From sequence record OK428535.1: a DNA stretch of 64,000 nt. One strand, written 5' to 3'. Origin of the DNA: Escherichia phage vB_EcoM_Lh1B. Positions within the stretch are counted from its first letter, which is position 1. Each line of letters begins with the position of its first letter. A program made the position numbers and the translations under genes. The notes below the pieces were generated by a model. The model was not told the origin of the DNA, did no database searches, and saw only the letters and a program-made list of their open reading frames with translations. This document shows, one piece after another, positions 9,033-16,349 of this stretch.

Positions 9033-9581
9033 ATGGCAGTCATCTCTGCAAAAGACCAACTCGTCGCGCTGTTTAATGCTGCAAACAGCGGACTGTCTAG
9101 TCCGTTAACTACTGCTGACGTTACATTCGGCGCTGTTGCTGACTATTCACCAGCAGATTCTGGAGACACTCGCAACTCCAAACTCACCATCACTGCCACC
9201 GCGGAATCCGCTAACTTTACGGGCGAGAAAGAGCTGCACTATACCCGCCTCGATTCATTGAACATCATCGGTGCGAAAGCAGTTACCGCTGACCAGGCAG
9301 AATGGGATACCGATGAAGAAGTGCTTGCTTTTGTCAACGCAGATCTAATTGCCGCCGGTAAAACGGAAGATGCGTTTGCATTGTCTGAACTCACCATTTC
9401 ACGCGAGGACGGCGACAGTGGTGAGAAAATCATCACTGTTATGGTGAAAGAAGGCCACATTAAATACCAGCCTGCCAGCCTTGCAGTTTATACTGTAACG
9501 CAGCCAATCGTTAAAACTGACCTGAGCACCACCAACGGTGAACTAGACGGATTCGTTTCACAAAACAACGTTAGTATGTAA
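9033..9581 (+). CDS. hypothetical protein sharing a C-terminal motif with the first CDS
   Basis: 182-aa ORF; C-terminus DLSTTNGELDGFVSQ is paralogous to the TNGELDGFQ end of CDS 2-634. Confidence 0.55.
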   Translation: MAVISAKDQLVALFNAANSGLSSPLTTADVTFGAVADYSPADSGDTRNSKLTITATAESANFTGEKELHYTRLDSLNIIGAKAVTADQAEWDTDEEVLAFVNADLIAAGKTEDAFALSELTISREDGDSGEKIITVMVKEGHIKYQPASLAVYTVTQPIVKTDLSTTNGELDGFVSQNNVSM

Positions 9582-9620
9582 CTAAGAAATTAGTAGTTTC
9601 TAAGAAATAAATAAAAGGTA

Positions 9621-9644
9621 CCTACCTCCCTTCGGGGAGGTAGG
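9621..9644. terminator. bidirectional rho-independent terminator
   Basis: CCTACCTCCC-ttcg-GGGAGGTAGG hairpin with TTCG tetraloop and A/T-rich flanks, between convergent genes. Confidence 0.6.
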
Positions 9645-9661
9645 GCCTTTATTTTCTTTGC

Positions 9662-10333
9662 TTACATGCCGAGTGACTCGGACAATGTTTTTAATCCGGT
9701 GTAATCGCGCTTTTCAGCTAACTCACGGATTTGGCGTTTGTTATCTGCCATTGCTGAGTGCAACACTTGGTCACGTGCAACAATAGCGGCCAGCAACGCT
9801 TTACATTGGGCTACTGTAAACGGACTGTGCTTAGTATTCAGCGTATCGAGCCAGTATTCTGGTGCGGTATCTGCCTGAATGTATTGACCGAGGATGGTAC
9901 GCGACGATTCATCGGCTTGAAAGTGACTACCTTCAAACTCGATATAACCATGGCGCTCATCTTCGTAGCGGTGGTCGAGTTCCAACAGCATCTTCTGCAC
10001 GTCTTCGTAAATGTAACGTGCGGTAGATTTCAGATTCCCGCGAATTTCGTCGAGGTCAATCTCCAGCACATTAGCAATAAACTCTTTCGTGCGTTTCAAT
10101 GTGAAGTTAGCTTCAATCTCCGACATCTCATACAGCTTCATGCGTGCCAGGGCTTCTTTATCAGACATCCCTTCGATGAGATGGTAATGGAGTAATGCAC
10201 AAAATCCGGTACGACCCTGATCCTGCGCACCGATTCGTTCCATGAAATTACCGTGACGATCAATCGGCAAATCACGCTGGAAATAACNGGCGCGGATCTC
10301 TTCGTTCGTTAAGCTTTTGTCAGTAACAGACAT
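9662..10333 (-). CDS. hypothetical protein, last gene of the rSAM/Cys-peptide operon
   Basis: 223-aa ORF with GAGGAGG RBS; overlaps the upstream gene by 25 nt. Confidence 0.55.
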   Translation of the reverse strand: MSVTDKSLTNEEIRAXYFQRDLPIDRHGNFMERIGAQDQGRTGFCALLHYHLIEGMSDKEALARMKLYEMSEIEANFTLKRTKEFIANVLEIDLDEIRGNLKSTARYIYEDVQKMLLELDHRYEDERHGYIEFEGSHFQADESSRTILGQYIQADTAPEYWLDTLNTKHSPFTVAQCKALLAAIVARDQVLHSAMADNKRQIRELAEKRDYTGLKTLSESLGM

Positions 10334-10875
10334 TCGTCCTCCTCAATCAGGCCAAGTTCTAACAACAAACCGAAGTCCAGCATCTGGAAGTCCTGATCGA
10401 GGTTACCGGCCCACAACAGAGAAATGTTGTGTTGCTCTTCTTCTTCCAACTGCGGGAGCAGGTGTTCTTCGAAGATTTGACGTTCTGTGTAATAAGCGTC
10501 AACCGGGTTATTGGAGCGTAAGTTACGAATACGCATCCGCGGGAATGACAAGCCCAATGCCACTAAACTTTCAGGACTGGCTTCATCAATAGAGTGACGT
10601 AGCAGTTCGATTTTGTGGCGTGGGTATGCAAGCAGTCGCTTCTCAAAGCCAGGGTTGCGCTTTTCGATTTCCGCGACAGACTCGTGTCCTTTCTCAACGC
10701 AGTAGACCGGGATCATCACATTCAGCCCGTATTTAATCAACAGGCTTTGGATTTCATCAGTGAAGTCTTCCCCTGCCACAATTGCGTGCACATTGTACAG
10801 CTTGCTTTTGCGCAGGAAGCGATCGACCAAGTGCAGTTTACGCTTCGTAAAATTGTGAATCAGTATTGACTTCAT
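10309..10875 (-). CDS. hypothetical protein (start uncertain)
   Basis: ORF 10309-10953; most plausible start is the ATG at 10875 (MKSILIHNF...) with GGAG RBS; overlaps the rSAM/SPASM gene. Confidence 0.5.
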   Translation of the reverse strand: MKSILIHNFTKRKLHLVDRFLRKSKLYNVHAIVAGEDFTDEIQSLLIKYGLNVMIPVYCVEKGHESVAEIEKRNPGFEKRLLAYPRHKIELLRHSIDEASPESLVALGLSFPRMRIRNLRSNNPVDAYYTERQIFEEHLLPQLEEEEQHNISLLWAGNLDQDFQMLDFGLLLELGLIEEDECLLLTKA

Positions 10876-12166
10876 TCTGGGCTCCGTTTTGTAATTTTTC
10901 TGCTTCGGCACGTTGGCGTACACAACGTGAACAATAGCACATGGATTTATCATGCAAATCTGATGCGCGAGTCGTACCAGTTTTCTGATACCAATATTCC
11001 GCCGCCATCAGCTTCGCAGTAGTCCAACCACACTGACGACGCTCGGCGTGATACGCTTTACGGTCTTCCAGTGTACCTTCACCGTTTTCGTACGATGCTG
11101 CTGCGCAGCTACCGCAGCTGTGTTTCATCGGACACCCTAAACAAGTTTCTGGGTAGTTGGTGTACTGCGTTTGAATCTCTTCTAACAGCTTACCGCCGTC
11201 CAGGCTCACAAACTCACGACCGACCAGTTCCGCTACAGCAGAGCGGGAAGTTACCGTGGACATGAAACGGTTACAACCGTAAATCTTGCGATCAAAGCCG
11301 AGACAGGTCATGTGCGTCAACGTACCGCAGTACGGTTTCAGGCGTTCTGGGTCGAGACGAACAGAGTCGTCATGTAAGAGTTTGTCACGCCAATCCGGGT
11401 CCCAAGTTGCCATAAAGTTCAGGCCATCCGGGATGATGTGCGTAATCGTGTTACGCGGGTTGGTGTGCAGACCCTTCTCAATCCAGTAGTCCATCACGTC
11501 CATCATCTGGTTCGCGATATCCAACGCCATATGGCGCGGCAGGATATCTTCGTACGTCACGTTACCAGAAATGGTACCACCGCCGGACATGTCAATTAAC
11601 GATTTCATGCTGGCGGCATAGTGCGGCAATGTATCGATCGTAAACGTCGCCTTTACGCCCAGTTCAGCGATGCCAACACTCTTCAGATAATTGTAACCGC
11701 GTACCGCAGCTTCGTACGACCCTTCACGCGTCGTGGTAAAGATACGATATTTGTCATGGACTTCAGGTAAACCATCGATGGAGACCCCAATAGACAGTTT
11801 GTCTTTCCAGCGCTCGATAATTTCTTTGTTCAGCGGACGGTCCAGAAGCGTACCGTTCGTGGAGATACTGAACATATACGGGCGATTGTGTTCTGCGCAT
11901 AACTTCTCTGCGGTTTCAAAGGCCGCCAAAAGAAGTTTAGGCTGCATGAACGGCTCACCACCGATGATATCGATGATGACTTCAACGTTCGGGATATCTT
12001 TATCACGCTCGAAACAAGCGTGGATAAAATCAATCACGTCTGCTACTTTGTTGTTACGCGGATATTTACGCTCGTAGCAGTATTCGCAGTCCAGGTTACA
12101 TGACAAGTTAGTCACAACCTGATACGTGCGTGGTGTGTACTGGATTTGCTGTTCGTTATTACTCAT
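10838..12166 (-). CDS. radical SAM enzyme with SPASM-type C-terminal Cys cluster (anSME/peptide-maturase-like)
   Basis: CNLDCEYC (Cx3Cx2C) at residues 23-30; C-terminal CLGCPMKHSCGSC plus further Cys residues typical of SPASM auxiliary Fe-S domains. Confidence 0.8.
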   Translation of the reverse strand: MSNNEQQIQYTPRTYQVVTNLSCNLDCEYCYERKYPRNNKVADVIDFIHACFERDKDIPNVEVIIDIIGGEPFMQPKLLLAAFETAEKLCAEHNRPYMFSISTNGTLLDRPLNKEIIERWKDKLSIGVSIDGLPEVHDKYRIFTTTREGSYEAAVRGYNYLKSVGIAELGVKATFTIDTLPHYAASMKSLIDMSGGGTISGNVTYEDILPRHMALDIANQMMDVMDYWIEKGLHTNPRNTITHIIPDGLNFMATWDPDWRDKLLHDDSVRLDPERLKPYCGTLTHMTCLGFDRKIYGCNRFMSTVTSRSAVAELVGREFVSLDGGKLLEEIQTQYTNYPETCLGCPMKHSCGSCAAASYENGEGTLEDRKAYHAERRQCGWTTAKLMAAEYWYQKTGTTRASDLHDKSMCYCSRCVRQRAEAEKLQNGAQNEVNTDSQFYEA

Positions 12167-13073
12167 TGTTCGCCGCCCGTTTACGCTTAGCAGAAATTAC
12201 ACGGTTGATGTAGTTATACGCATCAACGCCGATAGAACGCGCCAGGCGATTACAGCCGACTTCCAATATCTCTGGGGCGTTCTGAATTTGCTCCTGCGTA
12301 CCGTCGGCGTTAAGCCACAGCACTTCACTGCACGTGTTGCACTCGGTATCGAACATTTTACTGATCGCAAGCCCACATTCAGAATCGTTCTGCATGTTAA
12401 GGCGTTCGATATTGTCGAGTATTTTCCAATACCCGTACATGAAGTTCATGACGTGGTCTGGCGATAACGGTTTCGGCATCATCGCATCAAACAACAACGA
12501 CACACCACCTGGACGGTAATGATAGATTGCTCGGTGCAGCTCGATGAAATCTTCGTACCAGCGTTTATCGCCTAACTGGTCACGCGTCATCACACCCCAG
12601 GTGTAATAATTGTCCAGCTCGTACAGCACTTCCAGCGCTTCGTGATTACCACCGTTTACAAAGTTCATAAACGGACGTTCCGACTTCTTGTAGCCGTCAA
12701 TGGACACAAAGATAAGGTCGAACTGTTTCAGCAACGGCAGATGTGATTTACGCATCTTTAAACCGTTGGTGTACATGTGATGACGGAGGTTCGGATGAGA
12801 CTCCTTCAACTCGTTCACGAAGTCTTCAATCTTACGCTGCGCTAACAGCGGCTCACCGCCCGTCCAATGAATCTCACCGATATCCGGATTCTTCTCTAAA
12901 ATCGAGAGAATCTCTTCACGTTGAAACTCACGAGAAGTATCTTCTCTATCCATGTAATAAGCCCCTCCACAGAAGCTACAGTCTAAGTTACACTTAGAAG
13001 TTGCGACAACCGACAGAATTGACGGTTTGTCGTACAGTTCAGACGAGATCCTGGATTCTACTTGATCTGTCAT
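12159..13073 (-). CDS. radical SAM enzyme (second, shorter)
   Basis: CNLDCSFC Cx3Cx2C motif near the N-terminus; C-terminal ECNTCSE...GCN partial Cys cluster; stop overlaps the start of the downstream rSAM gene by 8 nt. Confidence 0.75.
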   Translation of the reverse strand: MTDQVESRISSELYDKPSILSVVATSKCNLDCSFCGGAYYMDREDTSREFQREEILSILEKNPDIGEIHWTGGEPLLAQRKIEDFVNELKESHPNLRHHMYTNGLKMRKSHLPLLKQFDLIFVSIDGYKKSERPFMNFVNGGNHEALEVLYELDNYYTWGVMTRDQLGDKRWYEDFIELHRAIYHYRPGGVSLLFDAMMPKPLSPDHVMNFMYGYWKILDNIERLNMQNDSECGLAISKMFDTECNTCSEVLWLNADGTQEQIQNAPEILEVGCNRLARSIGVDAYNYINRVISAKRKRAANNE

Positions 13074-13094
13074 TGCAGGTTGCTCCAGTATTTT

Positions 13095-13982
13095 TTAAAT
13101 ATAATCAATGGCGAATAAAGGATCTTCGTCTACGTTAGCGCCAGGCACCAGTAACATCGGGTCGTGATAGGCAGCTAAAATTTTGTTCAGGTCGGCGTGT
13201 CTTTCGTTCAGACGTTTCAAATCGGCCAACGTTACCGAACGACCACGAATCTCAGAAACAGCTTCTGCTTCTTCTTTCGTTAAATCCACCTTCGTTAAGA
13301 GGAAACTTACCAGCTTACTCAAATCCGCTTCTGTCGCCGGGTAATCCCCATATCGGGTTTGAACCAGGTGTTGCATCCACGGCTTACGAATACGTTTGGT
13401 GATTTCAAAATCGTCAGTCAGCGCATACCAGACAGAACGCTTTTTATCCCACACGAACTTATAGCTATACGCCATCATGTCCGCTAAACGGGTGATGCCG
13501 AGTTCTTTATACCCCTCGATATCGATGTATGGTTCGGTGTCGAAATACGTTTCCGTATCGGCAGGTACCAGTACAAAGTAGTAAGGGAACGAGCCCAGAT
13601 AGTCCGGACTCCACCAACGGCGCGCCATCGGTTTTGCTTCAAGTTCGTCAAACGGTGTAAACATCAGTTCTAAATCGACGCTGTTGTTCAAAATCCCTTC
13701 GCTGAAGAAATACTTACCGTCGACTAACACGCCACGAGAGTTACCATCGCCGTTAAAGATAACGATGGCCTCTGCAACCATATCACGGATCTTAAACGTA
13801 TTTTCTACGGTGTAGTTCTTCTTGTCGGTCAAGAAGCGACCACGAACCTTTGGCCACTCACCAGGAATCTGTGCAATCAGTCTGACTTTGTCAGCAAGGT
13901 GCGCACGCACTGAATCTGGGGAAGATAGATGCAGCGGGTGGTTGAATGTGGTTTTATACGCAAGATGCAAATCGTTTTTCAT
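13095..13982 (-). CDS. hypothetical protein co-operonic with rSAM enzymes
   Basis: 295-aa ORF with GGAG RBS immediately after the peptide genes; no motif recognised. Confidence 0.55.
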   Translation of the reverse strand: MKNDLHLAYKTTFNHPLHLSSPDSVRAHLADKVRLIAQIPGEWPKVRGRFLTDKKNYTVENTFKIRDMVAEAIVIFNGDGNSRGVLVDGKYFFSEGILNNSVDLELMFTPFDELEAKPMARRWWSPDYLGSFPYYFVLVPADTETYFDTEPYIDIEGYKELGITRLADMMAYSYKFVWDKKRSVWYALTDDFEITKRIRKPWMQHLVQTRYGDYPATEADLSKLVSFLLTKVDLTKEEAEAVSEIRGRSVTLADLKRLNERHADLNKILAAYHDPMLLVPGANVDEDPLFAIDYI

Positions 13983-14004
13983 TTAATACTCCGAACGTTT
14001 TCTG

Positions 14005-14211
14005 TTATCGATTCCCCGCTCCACGGCTACAGCTTCCGCTGCAGGACCAGCTACACCCACCATTACAGTTATAGTGAGAAAGCGGTAAGCCAGCCAGGTT
14101 ATTTGTGGTCGACACGGTGCCCTGGTTAGCGATATAGTTGTTTGCCTGTGCGGTTGTAATGTAACCTTCTACCGTAACGAGACGGTTTCGAATAGTCTTG
14201 AGACTGATCAT
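14005..14211 (-). CDS. Cys-rich peptide, short paralog (leader + truncated core)
   Basis: 68 aa; leader MISLKTIRNRL... and core SHYNCNGGCSWSCSGSC are paralogous to the two larger peptides; GGAGG RBS. Confidence 0.55.
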   Translation of the reverse strand: MISLKTIRNRLVTVEGYITTAQANNYIANQGTVSTTNNLAGLPLSHYNCNGGCSWSCSGSCSRGAGNR

Positions 14212-14226
14212 ATAAGCCTCCGTCAG

Positions 14227-14631
14227 TTAGGAGTTAGGACCTGAACAACCACCAGAACACGCGCCGGAGCAGTTTGCGGAACAGGATTTGCCACAGCCGC
14301 CAGAGCAGTTACCAGTACACGTTCCGCTACAACCACCAGAACATGAAGAGCTGCAACCCGTACAGCTGCTGCTACAGCCCGATACACAGTTTGCGGAACA
14401 AGTCGACCCACAACCACCCGTAGCAGACCCAGTACACCCGCCAGAACAACTCGAGCAACTAAAAGAGCATGTGCCACCACAGTCATAGTGCGAACGGCCT
14501 TGACCTGCGAACAAGTCGGCGTTATTCGTAGCTTTATTGCGAATGTAGTTTTGCACATTCGTGGTGTTCTTTAAAGCGTTTGCATCGATCGTGTTTAATC
14601 GGTTATTCAGTTCTTTTAATCCAATTGCCAT
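14227..14631 (-). CDS. Cys/Gly/Ser-rich repeat peptide (candidate rSAM substrate)
   Basis: 134 aa; about 45-aa helical leader (MAIGLKELNNRLNTIDANALKN...) followed by an about 85-aa core of CSGGCSG-type repeats with more than 20 Cys. Confidence 0.65.
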   Translation of the reverse strand: MAIGLKELNNRLNTIDANALKNTTNVQNYIRNKATNNADLFAGQGRSHYDCGGTCSFSCSSCSGGCTGSATGGCGSTCSANCVSGCSSSCTGCSSSCSGGCSGTCTGNCSGGCGKSCSANCSGACSGGCSGPNS

Positions 14632-14641
14632 TTAATCCCCC

Positions 14642-15034
14642 TTAGCGACCTGAACAGCCGCCGGNGCAGGCCCCGGNGCAGTTTGCGGAANAGNAGCCNC
14701 CNCAACCNNCTGAAAAGTTACCGGTACAGCTACTACTGCAACCACCAGAACAACCAGAGCAACCAGAACAGTTACCGCCACACGTCGAAGAACAGCTACC
14801 GATACAAGAAGCAGAACAGCTTCCTGAACAGCTCGAACAGCCATGCGAGCAACCGTTAGAGCANGTCCAAGAACATGTCCCGCCGCAATCTAGCTGTGCT
14901 TTCGTCCAACCCCCAAATCGGTCTGCTGCATTATGGGCTTTAGAGGCCACTTGCGCCTCGATGCGGGGGCCTGTCGCCATGTTAGCTTCGACNATCTGGA
15001 CGCGGTTTCTGACGTCTTTAATAGATATCGCCAT
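14642..15034 (-). CDS. Cys/Gly/Ser-rich repeat peptide (candidate rSAM substrate)
   Basis: 130 aa; same leader/core architecture (..LDCGGTCSW.CSNGCSHGCSSCSGSC..); AAGGAAG RBS. Confidence 0.65.
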   Translation of the reverse strand: MAISIKDVRNRVQXVEANMATGPRIEAQVASKAHNAADRFGGWTKAQLDCGGTCSWXCSNGCSHGCSSCSGSCSASCIGSCSSTCGGNCSGCSGCSGGCSSSCTGNFSXGXXGXXSANCXGACXGGCSGR

Positions 15035-15045
15035 TACGCTTCCTT

Positions 15046-15090
15046 AAAAAGTAGAACGAGCGGACTATGTCCATAAACATAGTCCGGCTC
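15046..15090 (-). terminator. stem-loop / partial terminator between fibre gene and peptide genes
   Basis: Inverted repeat CGGACTATG...CATAGTCCG with T-run on the minus strand, directly upstream of the RBS of the first peptide gene. Confidence 0.4.
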
Positions 15091-15099
15091 GTAAACAAG

Positions 15100-16302
15100 T
15101 TACTTAGTACCCGCTTCAGCTTGAACATCGTCGCGCGAGGTGAGGCTGTTGTTGACGTGAACAGCAGCCTGCACAACACCTCCATACTGTTTATGGAGGT
15201 AATTCGGGTGTGGGTTATCCGCAGCCGCATGGTTCGCCAGATTCTGGTTTGCCTGCGAAATTGCGTTGGTGTTGTTTATAACCTGAGTTTTAAGACTGTT
15301 GATTTGTCCTTGCAGGTTATCAATTTGCTGTTGGAAGTCTTTGCCCTGATTCTCAAGATCCGTGACGCGCTGATTTGTTTCATTCAGTGCAGACTGAAGA
15401 TCGTTAACCATCTTCTGTAATTGCAACACCAGAGAATTAAGGTTAGCTAATGCTAACGACATTTTCTGGTAATTTTGAGCAACCACGTTAAGCTGGTCGT
15501 TCCACGCGGCTAACGAAGCCACAATTGCATCGATGCGTTGCCCCAACGCCGTGTCTGCTNCTCTTAAGTCGCCGATATCGTTGATAGTGGCGTCAATGGC
15601 AGTCTGTACACTTTGAATCAGGGCACGAATCTCCGTCTCCGTCAGGCCATTAACCTGATGAATGTCGAGATTGTGTACGTTACCTTCGGCGTTGATGTGT
15701 GTATTTAAGGCGTCGAGGAAGTCGTTTCTCAGACCGTCCAGAATACCTTTAATTTCTTCCAGCTGTACTGCAGAGCCGGAGTTAATCGCATCTTTAATCC
15801 CCGCGAGTACGGTAATGATATACTCAAAACCGTAGATATCGCCAAGGTCTTTATACGTCGGGGCGGACGGGAACGTATCGGGTACGTTTCGAAGATCCTT
15901 GAAGTCCACCACACGGTCTTCAATTTTCAGCGACGCAATCGCTTGTCGGATGCCTTCGACGTTCGCGGACTGAAAACCACCAACGACTTGCGCAGAGACT
16001 TCGATATCAGTAGGAATGGCCGAGTTAGTTACCACCACACCCATGACCACTTCGCGGTTCTTGGTCATTTTCTGATATGCAGTATGTGCAAAAATCAGTT
16101 CGTAGTCTGTGCCGCGTTTGTACGGGTAGACACCTGGTTTATTCGCAGCTGCCAAGCGGAAGGTATCCGCGTAGAAAGCTCCGTCAGGAAAAGCAAAAGC
16201 CCGGTTAACTTTACCAGAACCTAACGTAATACGCCGTGTAACGGCGTTCGACGTTAATGTCCCGGTAAGGTCGAGCGGGTACTGATGAATGATTTCGGCC
16301 AT
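15100..16302 (-). CDS. short fibre-like protein: N-terminal tail-attachment domain plus coiled coil
   Basis: ATG at 16302 with AAGGAG RBS; N-terminal PxGxFY...RGTDYEL motif shared with the three large fibre proteins; long heptad-like Q/N/L-rich segment. Confidence 0.65.
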   Translation of the reverse strand: MAEIIHQYPLDLTGTLTSNAVTRRITLGSGKVNRAFAFPDGAFYADTFRLAAANKPGVYPYKRGTDYELIFAHTAYQKMTKNREVVMGVVVTNSAIPTDIEVSAQVVGGFQSANVEGIRQAIASLKIEDRVVDFKDLRNVPDTFPSAPTYKDLGDIYGFEYIITVLAGIKDAINSGSAVQLEEIKGILDGLRNDFLDALNTHINAEGNVHNLDIHQVNGLTETEIRALIQSVQTAIDATINDIGDLRXADTALGQRIDAIVASLAAWNDQLNVVAQNYQKMSLALANLNSLVLQLQKMVNDLQSALNETNQRVTDLENQGKDFQQQIDNLQGQINSLKTQVINNTNAISQANQNLANHAAADNPHPNYLHKQYGGVVQAAVHVNNSLTSRDDVQAEAGTK

Positions 16303-16349
16303 TGCCAAACTCCTTTGATTGGGGCTTCCTTGCCCCATAGCGCTATCTG

